The translations under genes were made by a program, and so were the position numbers. Below are positions 27,486-37,627 of a stretch of 64,000 bases of DNA, piece by piece; position 1 is the stretch's first letter, and each line of letters begins with the position of its first letter. The stretch comes from an uncultured Eubacteriales bacterium (GTDB lineage: Bacteria > Bacillota > Clostridia > Oscillospirales > CAG-272): the NCBI GenBank assembly GCA_934365155.1, contig CAKRMZ010000004.1, positions 2,283-66,282 of the forward strand, read 5' to 3'. The notes beneath the pieces are model-generated. The model did no database searches and was not told the DNA's origin. It saw only the letters and a program-made list of their open reading frames with translations.

Positions 27486-28049
27486 TTATGCAATACTTGT
27501 TTTTTTCTTATCGGCATCAAATGCCGCCAGGGTCTCTAAATTCAATTTTTTCTTAATTTCAGACCAACGTTCCGGCATGGTTTCATCATAAAGGTACGGA
27601 AGAAACCCGAGTGAAAGATAGAGCGAAATCGCTGCCAGACGGTCATCGTCCGTGCAAAGGTCCGCCTCAAGAACACCGTTTTTTTCAAAGCATTCCACTA
27701 CTGCCTCGCAAACCGCGCGTCCGAGCCCTAAGCCCCGATAGCTTTCGTCTGCATAGACCATATGAACCGTACCGTGTTTGGTTGCGGGATCAATCCGTGC
27801 CGTTGCCGTTGCAACAGGCATACCGTCCGGTGCAATCGCATAGAAAATCTGATCCGGCTTAATATCCGGCTTATCTAACATAGAGCACTTAAAAGTATAA
27901 GGACGCCAAGCGTCATTATGCGTAAGCTTTTTAATCATATCGCACCAGCGCTGTGTATATGCGTCACAATGCGTTTCTACGCGAACTCCCGGTTTTAAGG
28001 GGTGTTTAACGAGCTCCGCCGGATAGCGAAGCATTTTCAGTTGAGCCAT
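27486..28049 (-). CDS. GNAT-family N-acetyltransferase
   Basis: Acetyl-CoA motif YRGLGLGRAV. The start is uncertain: ATG 28049 is preferred, and the track's ATG 28097 is possible. Confidence 0.7.
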   Translation of the reverse strand: MAQLKMLRYPAELVKHPLKPGVRVETHCDAYTQRWCDMIKKLTHNDAWRPYTFKCSMLDKPDIKPDQIFYAIAPDGMPVATATARIDPATKHGTVHMVYADESYRGLGLGRAVCEAVVECFEKNGVLEADLCTDDDRLAAISLYLSLGFLPYLYDETMPERWSEIKKKLNLETLAAFDADKKKTSIA

Positions 28050-28246
28050 AAATATTACCTGCTTTCCTGTTCCGGTCATGGAAAAGGATTTCAACATTCG
28101 GGACCATTTTCAACGAATTTTTTTGAAGAAATCATCCCGTTTTTTCGGAAGAAATCCTCTTTTTACATTTTCTTAGTACAGAATATGCAAATGACAACAT
28201 GACCGATACATATTTCTTAATACTTCAACCGACAAAAAAGTCTTTA

Positions 28247-29641
28247 TCAGATTACAACAACGTCAAATCCCATAATTTTTCCGAAAGATTCTAATGCACG
28301 AATATCCGCACCGTATGCAAATGCACCGTGGTGAGTTCCGCCTGCACGGCTGAATCTCTCTAAAAATTCCGCTACGCTGCACTGCGGACGGATCCAACCG
28401 GCAACAAAGCACTGATCATCCGCGTAATCGGGATGCTCTACCATTTCCGTCTCGGAAAGAACCAGCGTATATTGACCGTCACCGGTCGGAGCCAGAGAAG
28501 CATATACGCCTTTTCCGGCACGGTAAGTGCCTGCCAAACCGACATACTCATTCACGTTCGGATACGGAAGTGCCTTTAAACAGATGCGCGCGGGAGATAC
28601 CGTCAGATTCGGATTCAATTCACCGAGATGGCTTAGGTAAATGGTGTTTCCTTCCCAATCCGGGCAGAACATCTCAACAAATGCGGTGTCTTTATAAACG
28701 CTCATCAGCGCACCGACCAATGCAGCCGTCAGCACATCACCCTCGCCGGCATAACCGATACCGCGTCCCATTGCCTTGCATGCTTCGATAAAAGGAGCAT
28801 ACGGGAAACCGGTGTCGCGGAATGCCATCAGAAAGTTCTGCGTGAACGCCGTTAATCCCTCTTTTTCAATCCAATGACGAACAACAGCCGCAAAGCGTGC
28901 ATCGGCACGCAGAAGCTCTTCGGAACCGCTGACCAAGCGGAACATCTCTTGGTTCTCTTTGCAAATACCGTCAACTTCTTCTTCTGTAATTTCAAAGAAA
29001 GCTTTCTTCGCCGCAACCGTATCAAAAACAGCAACCTCTGCGCCGAGTTCTTTTTTCATCCGGTCATACGGAACACGGAAATCTCCCATTCCGTCATAAA
29101 TACCGCCGATGGTTCCGACCTTGGCATGATGCAGTGCCGCCGCCAATTTAGCGCCGAGCGCCGCCGCAACCACGCGGGCAACCACATCGGAATGATCCAT
29201 ATGTCCGGCAAAAATCTGATACTCTTTTCCGTTCTTTTTCAACAGTGTGCACATATCCTGAACACCGTGAATTCCATGGTTATAAGCAGTCATATATCGC
29301 CCGTTGACCGTGGAGGGAAAGAATTTGTAATCCGGCGTTGTATCCATAATAATCAGCGGAAGCTTTGTATCCGCCAGCACATGCTCGGACTGCAAAGACG
29401 GAGAATATGCGAGATGCAAGGTAACCAGCGCATCTGCATTTTCCCTTTCGAAATTTTGGATCGCTTCTTTAAACTCGTGCTCCAATCGGCACACCGGAGC
29501 GGTAATTACTTCCGCACCGGCTGCCTCCAAATGTGCTTTTGCATCAGCATAAAACGCCTCGATCCACTGACGACGTTCCGGATTATATGTATCGTAAATC
29601 TCAACATATAAAGGCAAAAGTCCGACTTTTAATTGATTCAT
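28247..29641 (-). CDS. L-arabinose isomerase (AraA)-family sugar isomerase
   Basis: GYAGEGDVLTAAL and AGGTHHGAFAYG blocks align with E. coli AraA GFAGEGDWKTAAL / AGGAHHTVFS as I remember it. Start trimmed to ATG 29641 (MNQLKVGLLPLYV). Confidence 0.7.
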   Translation of the reverse strand: MNQLKVGLLPLYVEIYDTYNPERRQWIEAFYADAKAHLEAAGAEVITAPVCRLEHEFKEAIQNFERENADALVTLHLAYSPSLQSEHVLADTKLPLIIMDTTPDYKFFPSTVNGRYMTAYNHGIHGVQDMCTLLKKNGKEYQIFAGHMDHSDVVARVVAAALGAKLAAALHHAKVGTIGGIYDGMGDFRVPYDRMKKELGAEVAVFDTVAAKKAFFEITEEEVDGICKENQEMFRLVSGSEELLRADARFAAVVRHWIEKEGLTAFTQNFLMAFRDTGFPYAPFIEACKAMGRGIGYAGEGDVLTAALVGALMSVYKDTAFVEMFCPDWEGNTIYLSHLGELNPNLTVSPARICLKALPYPNVNEYVGLAGTYRAGKGVYASLAPTGDGQYTLVLSETEMVEHPDYADDQCFVAGWIRPQCSVAEFLERFSRAGGTHHGAFAYGADIRALESFGKIMGFDVVVI

Positions 29642-29668
29642 TTTACAAATACCCTCTCTATCAGGCAC

Positions 29669-30694
29669 TCAGTTCTGGCCCAAGATTTTTTCCGCATTCT
29701 CGTGGAAGATTTTTTCCGCAAGAGGACGTCCGCCGAATTTATCGCAGGTATCCAAAACAACCTTTAACTGCTCATACAGGAAGAACGTGTATTTCTCCTC
29801 GGCAGCCTCACCCTCTTCATGCTTGTTCCATGCAAAATTCTCACGCGCCAAGTTGTGATAAGAAGTATCCGTCCAAGCCCGTTTGCCGTGGAAAAGGAAT
29901 ACCGGCAGGTCGGTACCGTACATAATCTGGTCATGCGGAATGGCTTCAAACATCAATTCATATACTTCGGGATTGACGACCGCAGAGCAATCAAAGAAGA
30001 AGTCTTTCATCGAAGATCCCATTTTCTGAATAGCCTCTTTTGCGATCATCGTGGGGAAGCAACGGCCGAAATGCGCGATAATCACTTTAATATCCGGATA
30101 TTTCTCACGCAACTCTTTCAATTCGCGAACGTTATCGTCGTCCGCCAAACGTTTTGCGCGCGGCAAGTGAAGTACAAGGGACTTCTTTTGTTCGTTCAGC
30201 CACTGGAGCTGTTCGTGAGGAATAAACTGGAAGATCGGAACCTCGCCGCCCTTTGTGCCGGGGCCTGCGTCCGGATAAGGCTTTAAGCCGTTAAAATTAT
30301 ATTTCCGCATCGTTTCGGTAATGTAATCCATTGTGTACCACGGGCGGACCGCTAAATGAGCAAAGCGGATTCGGCCGTCCTTATGACGCTCGCCGATATA
30401 TCCGTTGGAGCCCACCTGATCGACCGTGCGAGACAGCGAGGGGAATGCGTTGATGCTGACCTCTGCATCCGGATAGAAGGCTTTTGAATAAACCAAATAG
30501 TCGTCATAGCTCATATTGGAAACGCACTGGAGCGCCCAGTCTGCTTTTCTTTCGAGTTCCGAAACCGGTGCACGGAACTGATCGGGAATCAAATGCATAT
30601 GCGCATCTATAATTGTCTTCGGAAGACGGTCCTTCAGATAAAGGTTATAAAACTCTTCATCGCGGGGTGTTCTGATAAAATACTTTTCTACCAT
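29669..30694 (-). CDS. amidohydrolase_2-type metal-dependent hydrolase (TIM barrel; lactonase/decarboxylase superfamily)
   Basis: 341 aa with an N-terminal IIDAHMHL metal motif and HLPRA / IIAHFG strands. It overlaps the kinase gene by 7 nt. Confidence 0.7.
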   Translation of the reverse strand: MVEKYFIRTPRDEEFYNLYLKDRLPKTIIDAHMHLIPDQFRAPVSELERKADWALQCVSNMSYDDYLVYSKAFYPDAEVSINAFPSLSRTVDQVGSNGYIGERHKDGRIRFAHLAVRPWYTMDYITETMRKYNFNGLKPYPDAGPGTKGGEVPIFQFIPHEQLQWLNEQKKSLVLHLPRAKRLADDDNVRELKELREKYPDIKVIIAHFGRCFPTMIAKEAIQKMGSSMKDFFFDCSAVVNPEVYELMFEAIPHDQIMYGTDLPVFLFHGKRAWTDTSYHNLARENFAWNKHEEGEAAEEKYTFFLYEQLKVVLDTCDKFGGRPLAEKIFHENAEKILGQN

Positions 30695-32154
30695 TGTTTT
30701 ACAACTCCTTTGATTGCATTTAGCAAAGTGCTATATTTTTGATATTTGTTTTCATAGAATTCTTTTTTCACCGGATCATCCAACACCAGTTCCTCGCACT
30801 GTACAAAACGTGTACAAGCATCTTTATAGCTTGCGGAAATTCCGGCATTTACACTGGCAATAATGGCCGCGCCGAGTGCACAGGTTTCGGATTCTTTCAT
30901 GCAGAGAATCCGGCATCCGGTTGCATATCCTGTGATTTCGCTCCAAAGTTTGCTCTTGGATGCACCGCCCATCATTTTCAGCGTGGTAACCGGTACTCCG
31001 GTCCGTTTAAACTCATCAATAATCGTTCTTGCCTCGAAAGCAACCCCTTCCATCAGCGCGCGCGCCAAATCGTAGCGATCATGATGCAGCTGCAGGCCGA
31101 TCGCTCCGGAGAACAGAGAATCCATACGGTGCGGGAATCCTGAACCCGCCATGAAAGGATAATATAAAATGCCTTCGGCAGAGTACATTCTTTTTTCGGC
31201 TTCTTCATCCAATGTGCGATAGCTGTCAATGCAAAGTGTATTTTTGAGCCATTTGAGTGCCGAGCCGGCGCTCTTCATGGAAGCCATGACTCCGTAACCG
31301 CCCGCCGGATGAACACCGGGAGCAATTCGTGTAGGACTGTAAACCGCATGATCGGTAACGCCTAAAACAACCCAGGTGGTACCGGTCGATAAAAACATAT
31401 CGCCGGGCTCCAGCGCGCCGCATCCGATTGCAGCACAATACTGATCGTGTGCACCGTTATAGACCTTAATACTCTCCGGAATGCCGAGTTCTTCCGCTGC
31501 TTGCTTTGTCAGAGTACCGATGAAAGCACCGGTAGGCAAAATTTTCGGAAGCCGATCTTCGGTAATTCCAACCGCTTTCAAGATCTCGGGATCCCATTTC
31601 ATTGTTTGAATATCAATCATACCGCGCATCGCGCCGTTTGTCGGATCAATCACATTATGACCGGTCAGCTTATAGTTCATATATTCCAGCGTCGAAACAA
31701 AGCTTGCTGCCTGCTCAAAGATTTCCGGCTCATGTTTCCGAATCCATATTGTTTTGGAAGCATCATTTCCCGGAGAGGCACCCCATCCGGTCTTATGATA
31801 AATATTTTCTTCTCCTGCGGCCTGCTTCAGCTCCGCACATTCTGCCTTAGAACGAGAATCCATCCATGTCAGCGCATCGCGCATGGGATGAAAATTCTTA
31901 TCTACGGGAAGCATTGTTCCGCCTTGTGTTGAGATAGACAGGCCGACAATGTCATGAACATCCAGACCGCGAATTGCTTCATGCACGGCCTTTACACCTG
32001 CATTCCACCAGTCCTCCGCTCTTTGTTCAATTGCGCCGCCGCCTAAGGCAATCAGCTCATATTCGCCGTAACCTTGTCCGAGAACCTTGCCGTTTTCATC
32101 CACGACAATTGCTTTTGTGCCGGTTGTGCCGACATCCATTCCGATTACAGTCAT
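30688..32154 (-). CDS. FGGY-family carbohydrate kinase (xylulokinase/ribulokinase-like)
   Basis: N-terminal MTVIGMDVGTTGTKA. Two FGGY domains with C-terminal GGASKS. Start trimmed to ATG 32154, behind GGGGGAAAAGC. Confidence 0.85.
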   Translation of the reverse strand: MTVIGMDVGTTGTKAIVVDENGKVLGQGYGEYELIALGGGAIEQRAEDWWNAGVKAVHEAIRGLDVHDIVGLSISTQGGTMLPVDKNFHPMRDALTWMDSRSKAECAELKQAAGEENIYHKTGWGASPGNDASKTIWIRKHEPEIFEQAASFVSTLEYMNYKLTGHNVIDPTNGAMRGMIDIQTMKWDPEILKAVGITEDRLPKILPTGAFIGTLTKQAAEELGIPESIKVYNGAHDQYCAAIGCGALEPGDMFLSTGTTWVVLGVTDHAVYSPTRIAPGVHPAGGYGVMASMKSAGSALKWLKNTLCIDSYRTLDEEAEKRMYSAEGILYYPFMAGSGFPHRMDSLFSGAIGLQLHHDRYDLARALMEGVAFEARTIIDEFKRTGVPVTTLKMMGGASKSKLWSEITGYATGCRILCMKESETCALGAAIIASVNAGISASYKDACTRFVQCEELVLDDPVKKEFYENKYQKYSTLLNAIKGVVKQW

Positions 32155-32468
32155 GCTTTTCCCCCTTACATCAGATTTCATTTACAGCAGCATTGCAAGT
32201 TCTGAAATCAACATCTGAAGCGACTTGCAAACTATCTACTATAAATATATTTCAAACAGTTATACACATTGATGATACCATAACTCACAAACATTTACAA
32301 GAAAAATGTTTAAATTAATTTTGGCTAATAATGATAATTTTACATGAGGCTAACCATTTTGATTTGTATTGTTTGACGAATTAATTTCATATTTTCCGCC
32401 AATTGCCGCAATAATATTTCTCTTTATACCGATTTTGACAATTATCTTTATTTTCTGCCGTTCCTATC

Positions 32469-32497
32469 TTGAAAAATAATGATATCTCTGCTATAAT
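32469..32497 (+). promoter_or_regulatory. sigma-A promoter of upp
   Basis: TTGAAA, 17-nt spacer, TATAAT. Confidence 0.6.
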
Positions 32498-32533
32498 GAA
32501 TCACGAAAAATGACAAAGGAGATATATCAAGCT

Positions 32534-33166
32534 ATGGACAGTAATTTATTCATTATGAATCATCCGCTCATTACACATAAAATTTCTATTATGCGCCAAA
32601 CCACAACCGGCTCCAAACAGTTCCGTGAATTAGCTCAGGAAATCGCTATGTTGATGGGATATGAATCCCTGCGGGATCTGCCGCTGGAGGAAAAAATCAT
32701 TGAAACTCCCCTTACCAAAGCAAGTGTTCAATTCCTCGCCGGAAAGAAACTGGCATTTGTGCCGATTTTGCGCGCCGGACTCGGAATGTTAGACGGAATG
32801 CTCGCGCTGGTTCCCTCCGCAAAGGTAGGACATATCGGTCTTTACCGCGACCACGAAACGCTGGAGCCGCATGAATATTACTGCAAGCTACCCGACGACA
32901 TTGACAAACGACAGGTTGTTATGCTGGATCCGATGTTGGCAACCGGAGGTTCCGGATCCGCCGCAGTCAACTTTATCAAGAAACGCGGATGCCATAATAT
33001 TAAATTCATGTCGATTTTAGCTGCTCCCGAGGGCATCAAACGACTGACTGCCGACCATCCCGACATCCAAGTTTATGTCGGCTGTGTTGATGAGCGACTC
33101 AATGAAAACGGCTATATTCTCCCCGGACTGGGCGATGCGGGTGACCGTTTATTCGGCACAAAATAA
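32534..33166 (+). CDS. upp: uracil phosphoribosyltransferase
   Basis: [12 protein letters not shown]..., PRPP loop [13 protein letters not shown], and C-terminal [17 protein letters not shown]. The start is ATG 32534 or 32510. Confidence 0.92.
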   Translation: MDSNLFIMNHPLITHKISIMRQTTTGSKQFRELAQEIAMLMGYESLRDLPLEEKIIETPLTKASVQFLAGKKLAFVPILRAGLGMLDGMLALVPSAKVGHIGLYRDHETLEPHEYYCKLPDDIDKRQVVMLDPMLATGGSGSAAVNFIKKRGCHNIKFMSILAAPEGIKRLTADHPDIQVYVGCVDERLNENGYILPGLGDAGDRLFGTK

Positions 33167-33203
33167 CCGATTCGACAGCATCACCGATATTGCGTCTCAA
33201 TTT

Positions 33204-33242
33204 GCGCTTCGAAATGTTTTATGATTTCGGAGCGCATTTTTT
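33204..33242 (+). terminator. intrinsic terminator of upp
   Basis: GCGCTTCGAAAT...ATTTCGGAGCGC hairpin (one mismatch) followed by a T6 run. Confidence 0.7.
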
Positions 33243-33404
33243 ATAATTTCGGCAAACTTCTATTTGAAAAAATTCTGACGCACCGTAAATATATCCGCTC
33301 CCCCGACAGCATCGTACCGTCATTTCGCCGGTATTTTATCAGGGCGAAAATCGCTTTGGGCACTTTGTTCTTTTTGCGGCTGTTTCTTGCAGAAAAGCAT
33401 AAAA

Positions 33405-33436
33405 AAATGAGTCCGATATCATAATCGGACTCATTT
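33405..33436 (-). terminator. intrinsic terminator of the lipoprotein gene
   Basis: ATGAGTCCGAT-atcata-ATCGGACTCAT with a T7 run on the minus strand. Confidence 0.75.
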
Positions 33437-33523
33437 GCAGTTTGTTTACTATTTTGATAAATCTTGAAGGCTTATCCCTCATTCAACAAACATCTGTGCT
33501 TTTCTTTACGATTACCTTCGGCT

Positions 33524-34183
33524 TTATGATTTCGGAATCGTAATATTGCCCTTTAATGTGAGCTGATCAATTTTCTTGTCGCCGTATGTTCCGCGGAACG
33601 GCAGAACCGTTTCCACAGCGATGCTGCCAGACTCTACGTCCTTGGCACTCAATGTAACCTCATAGGTCGTCAGCAAAGTGGAGGTGACTTTTGCCCCATC
33701 CTCTTTCTGTTCTACAGCAGAAGTCGTAAATTTATGTACCGCATTGCCCACTTTCATTGACAAGCCTTCCCGTTTCGACATGGAAATAGACATATGCTCC
33801 AAATACAGTTCTACTTTTAATGTATAATTATCCTGTCCCCAAGGCTTCGTCGCTACCCAGTCTGCACGCAAATTCAGATAGGTGCCGCTATCGGATGAAA
33901 TGCTTCCCTCAAAGCGTTTAGACTGTTCATCGGGCTTTGTTGTATCCGGATTGGTCGGAGTAGTATCCGGCGTTTTGGGATTATCAGGCTTTTGGGTATC
34001 CTTTGTTCCCGTCGAATCCGAAGTAGCAGGATCCTTCGAGTCCGGAGTGGGCTCGCCCGAATCGGCAGACACTTTTGTGGGATCATCGGTAGATTTGGAA
34101 TCATCGGGATTTTTTGGCTGACACGAGCATGCCATTACGGCAAGCAGAAGCAAACAAATAAAAAGACCCATCCATTTTTTCAT
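33524..34183 (-). CDS. lipoprotein of unknown function with a T/P/D-rich linker
   Basis: Start at ATG 34183, behind AAGAGGTG. MKKWMGLFICLLLLAVMAC lipobox, a low-complexity linker, then a C-terminal beta-rich domain of about 130 aa. Confidence 0.65.
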   Translation of the reverse strand: MKKWMGLFICLLLLAVMACSCQPKNPDDSKSTDDPTKVSADSGEPTPDSKDPATSDSTGTKDTQKPDNPKTPDTTPTNPDTTKPDEQSKRFEGSISSDSGTYLNLRADWVATKPWGQDNYTLKVELYLEHMSISMSKREGLSMKVGNAVHKFTTSAVEQKEDGAKVTSTLLTTYEVTLSAKDVESGSIAVETVLPFRGTYGDKKIDQLTLKGNITIPKS

Positions 34184-34294
34184 AGCAAACACCTCTTAAT
34201 TATTTTTTATAATCAGCATCAGCCGGATTCCTCAACTCAAAGAAGAATCTCCCTCTGTCGCTCTTCATTAGTTAAGACGCAATCTAATTTTAAA

Positions 34295-34310
34295 TGTTCC
34301 ACGTAAAACA
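34295..34310. promoter_or_regulatory. parS-like site (15/16 match)
   Basis: TGTTCCACGTAAAACA versus the Firmicute consensus TGTTNCACGTGAAACA. It is intergenic. Confidence 0.55.
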
Positions 34311-34379
34311 ATATTTTTTATTATTTTTTCTGCCTTTTTGTTTGCCACAGAAATACCTTCTTAATATCTTTGGCTATCA

Positions 34380-34412
34380 AAAAAAGCAGAACCGAAATCG
34401 GTTCTGCTTTTT
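34380..34412. terminator. bidirectional intrinsic terminator
   Basis: A-run, GCAGAACCG-aaat-CGGTTCTGC, T-run. Confidence 0.8.
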
Positions 34413-34417
34413 AAAAT

Positions 34418-35296
34418 TTATGCCGCTGTATTCTCCCAAGCATCCTGTACGATTACACCTTTATCAAAAGTGCCTTCATAGGAACGTCCGCTGGGCCAGG
34501 TGTATTTTCCTTGCCCGCTGATCTCGTTTTCTTTAAACTGCCCGGTATAAACTTCTCCGTTTGCCCATGTATAAGTGCCGGTTCCGTCACGCATGTCATT
34601 TTTGAACTCACCCTCATACACATCGCCATTGGCAAAAACATACTTTCCGGTGCCGCTCTTCAAATCGTTGACATAACTGCCTTCAAATTTTGAGCCGTCT
34701 GCCCATGTATAAGTACCGGTTCCGTTTTTCAAATCATTCGCGAACTGTCCTTCATAGCATGAGCTGTCTGCCCAAACATATTTTCCGGTACCGTCTTTTT
34801 TTCCGTCCTTCAGCGTCCCCTCGTAAGAATCACCGTTTGTAAAGGTATATTTTCCGGTACCGGTTAAACGGTCATCCTTAAACTCACCTTCATATATATC
34901 GCCGGTAGAATAGGTCAGCTTGCCGACTCCGTCACGGCAAAGTTTGGAGTTCAATTCGCCTTCATATATATCGCCGTTGGAAAATTTCACAACGCCGTTT
35001 TCCATATCCACTTTTGCCTTGGCTCCGCCCGGGTAATAAATATTACCGCTGTACGGCTTTCCGTCTGAAATCTTACCTAAAAACCGAATGGTATACCCAT
35101 CATCGGCGCGAAGCTTCATATACCGGAAACCAAATGCATACATACAAATCAGCACTACAAATATCAACACTACAGCGATCAGTATTGCCGTAAAAATAAT
35201 GCGTTTGCGATCATTGCGTCGCCGCATTTCCGCTCTTGTACGGCGCTTGTCATAATTCGGATATTGCCGATTCATATTGGGATTTCTGCCTGTCAT
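34418..35296 (-). CDS. membrane-anchored MORN-repeat protein
   Basis: One N-terminal TM helix after a basic segment, then about 9 consecutive YEG[EQ]F..[DN]...G.G.Y....G MORN units. Confidence 0.85.
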   Translation of the reverse strand: MTGRNPNMNRQYPNYDKRRTRAEMRRRNDRKRIIFTAILIAVVLIFVVLICMYAFGFRYMKLRADDGYTIRFLGKISDGKPYSGNIYYPGGAKAKVDMENGVVKFSNGDIYEGELNSKLCRDGVGKLTYSTGDIYEGEFKDDRLTGTGKYTFTNGDSYEGTLKDGKKDGTGKYVWADSSCYEGQFANDLKNGTGTYTWADGSKFEGSYVNDLKSGTGKYVFANGDVYEGEFKNDMRDGTGTYTWANGEVYTGQFKENEISGQGKYTWPSGRSYEGTFDKGVIVQDAWENTAA

Positions 35297-35306
35297 GATT
35301 TTTTCC

Positions 35307-35765
35307 TTACCTTTCCAAAGCATTTTTAAATGCGATAATTAACTGCGGAACAACAAAATAAGCAGCTACAAACACTGCAACCAAAAGGACCGCGCCGATA
35401 ATCCATTCTCCCGCGCGAATTCCCTGTTTACCGTAAATACGCTCCGCGCGTTCTTGGTTGGCTGCGGGTATATACAAACCGGTATCTGCAAGAATATTCT
35501 TTGAAGCACTGTTTTGTCCCGTCACATTTACTACACGTCGCAAAGCAGAGGAACGACGAAGTGAATACAAAACAAAAAATTTCCGATCCATTTTAAGATC
35601 CCGCAACGAAATTGCCGTGGTTTCGCTGTCAGCTCCGTGCTGTTGCAGTGCACGGACCAAGCCGCCCAAGATATTTCTGATATATACCGAGCCAAGCATC
35701 GCCGCAAGCGCTCCGACTCCCAGTGCGATAACAATAATTCGCACGCTCACAAGTCCCGAACTCAT
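35307..35765 (-). CDS. small two-TM membrane protein of unknown function downstream of spo0J
   Basis: Start at ATG 35765, behind GGAGGTGAGAGA. It has N- and C-terminal hydrophobic helices. Confidence 0.55.
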   Translation of the reverse strand: MSSGLVSVRIIVIALGVGALAAMLGSVYIRNILGGLVRALQQHGADSETTAISLRDLKMDRKFFVLYSLRRSSALRRVVNVTGQNSASKNILADTGLYIPAANQERAERIYGKQGIRAGEWIIGAVLLVAVFVAAYFVVPQLIIAFKNALER

Positions 35766-35799
35766 TCTCTCACCTCCGCACAATATCTTCAAATATTTT

Positions 35800-36681
35800 T
35801 TACAATCCCTGTATACGGTCTTTTCCGCAAAGCAATTCTAACAAGGTGTCTAAATCCGTATTGTCCCGAAAATCAATCTGAATATATTTTTTGTTTCCCG
35901 TGGAACAAATGACAACTTTACGGCCCAAATATTTTTGAATTTGCCGCTCCAAGTCTTTTACATAATCAATTTTAAGCGGCTCTGTCTGCACGGAATCCGG
36001 TTTTATAACGCACTCGGAATTCATCCTCCGCACCGTCGCTTCCGTTTCGCGCACGGATAAATTTTTGTTTATGACAATATTCGCCAAAGTCTCAATTTGG
36101 TCTTTCTTTTGCAGCCCGAGCAACGCACGTGCATGTCCCGCGCTCAATTTTCCGTTTTCAAGCAGTTTCAAAACCTGTGGCGGCAATTCCAAAAGCCGCA
36201 TCGTGTTGGCAATTGCACTGCGACTTTTTCCGATTCGCTGAGAAAGCTCCTCCTGCGTCAGGCCGTATTCCTCCTGCAGAGTTCGATAGGCCATCGCTTC
36301 TTCCGCAGCATTCAAATCTTCCCGTTGAATATTTTCTATTAAGGCAAGCTCCGCCGCCTTTTGATCATCGATATTTAAAACAATTGCCGGAATCTCCGTC
36401 AAGGCTGCTTTTTTGGCAGCGCGCCAGCGTCTTTCTCCGGCAATGATTTCATAAAATCCGTCTGCAGTCGGCCGAACGGCAATCGGTTGCAATACTCCGT
36501 TCGCGGCAATTGAAGCAGCCAACTCGCACAATGCTTCCTCGTCAAAACTCTTACGGGGCTGATCTGCTCTCGGTTCAATATTGGATAAGCGAATCACGGC
36601 AATATTTCTTCCGTCCTCATCTACTGCCGCATTATCCATAAAAATCGCATTCAGGCCTTTCCCCAAGACGCCTTTTTTCAT
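35800..36681 (-). CDS. spo0J: chromosome partitioning protein ParB/Spo0J
   Basis: KGLGKGLNAIF start, ParB box GERRWRAAK, and an HTH region LTQEELSQRIGKSRSAIANTMRLL. Confidence 0.92.
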   Translation of the reverse strand: MKKGVLGKGLNAIFMDNAAVDEDGRNIAVIRLSNIEPRADQPRKSFDEEALCELAASIAANGVLQPIAVRPTADGFYEIIAGERRWRAAKKAALTEIPAIVLNIDDQKAAELALIENIQREDLNAAEEAMAYRTLQEEYGLTQEELSQRIGKSRSAIANTMRLLELPPQVLKLLENGKLSAGHARALLGLQKKDQIETLANIVINKNLSVRETEATVRRMNSECVIKPDSVQTEPLKIDYVKDLERQIQKYLGRKVVICSTGNKKYIQIDFRDNTDLDTLLELLCGKDRIQGL

Positions 36682-36696
36682 ATTCTGTCTCCCATT

Positions 36697-37518
36697 TTAT
36701 CTGAGTTTATTCTCGCAGCGCTCGATTACTTCTCCTGCCAGCAAATTATAAAGTTCCGCCCCACGCGAAAACCGATCGTAATATTGAATCGGTTCTCCGA
36801 ATCCCGGCGACTCACTGAGCTTTACATTACGCACAACGGGATTGACAAACAGCTTGTCCCCATAATATTTCTTTAATTCTTCCATTACTTGAATTGACAA
36901 ATTCAGCCGTCCGTTGTACATCGTAATCAACAAACCGGTAATCTCAAGCTTTGCATTATACAGCCTTTTTACCTGTTTTACCGTCATGATCAACTGAGAA
37001 AGGCCCTCTAAGGAATAGTATTCACACTGCATCGGAATAATAATGCCGTTTCCGGCCACCAAAGCATTAATTGTTAAAATTCCGAGCGACGGAGGACAGT
37101 CAATTAATATATAATCATATTGTCCGAGGATCGGATCCAAGGCTTTTTTCAAGCGCCACTCCCGCTCATCGGCCGTAACCAGTTCGAATTCAGCACCGGC
37201 AAGTGACATATTGGCAGGCATTACCGACAGGTTTTCAAATTTTGTCCGAACAATGGCCGATGCTGCATCGCAACGTCCAATCAGCACATCATATGTAGTG
37301 ACGCTCATATGTCGTTTTTCAATGCCCACTCCGCTGGACGCATTTCCCTGCGGATCCATATCAATCAACAGCACCCGCCTGCCTCGCAGAGCAATTCCCG
37401 CGGCAATATTTACAGCAGAAGTCGTTTTGCCTACGCCGCCTTTTTGGTTTGCAAAGATCAATATATTGCAAGAATGCGGCTGTCTGTCATTCCATCGCGG
37501 TTGCCGGACCGATTCCAT
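36697..37518 (-). CDS. soj: chromosome partitioning ATPase ParA/Soj
   Basis: Deviant Walker A NQKGGVGKTT and DCPPSLG. Strong RBS GGAGG 8 nt before ATG 37518. Confidence 0.92.
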   Translation of the reverse strand: MESVRQPRWNDRQPHSCNILIFANQKGGVGKTTSAVNIAAGIALRGRRVLLIDMDPQGNASSGVGIEKRHMSVTTYDVLIGRCDAASAIVRTKFENLSVMPANMSLAGAEFELVTADEREWRLKKALDPILGQYDYILIDCPPSLGILTINALVAGNGIIIPMQCEYYSLEGLSQLIMTVKQVKRLYNAKLEITGLLITMYNGRLNLSIQVMEELKKYYGDKLFVNPVVRNVKLSESPGFGEPIQYYDRFSRGAELYNLLAGEVIERCENKLR

Positions 37519-37610
37519 ATTATAGCCTCCATACCCATGTCGCTTACTGTGTTTATTATAGCATTATCTTCAAAGGTATGTCAACCGATTCCAAAAAATA
37601 TCCGCAACAA

Positions 37611-37626
37611 TGTTTCACGTGAAACG
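37611..37626. promoter_or_regulatory. parS site (15/16 match)
   Basis: TGTTTCACGTGAAACG lies between noc and soj, directly after the noc stop codon. Confidence 0.75.
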
Positions 37627-37627
37627 T

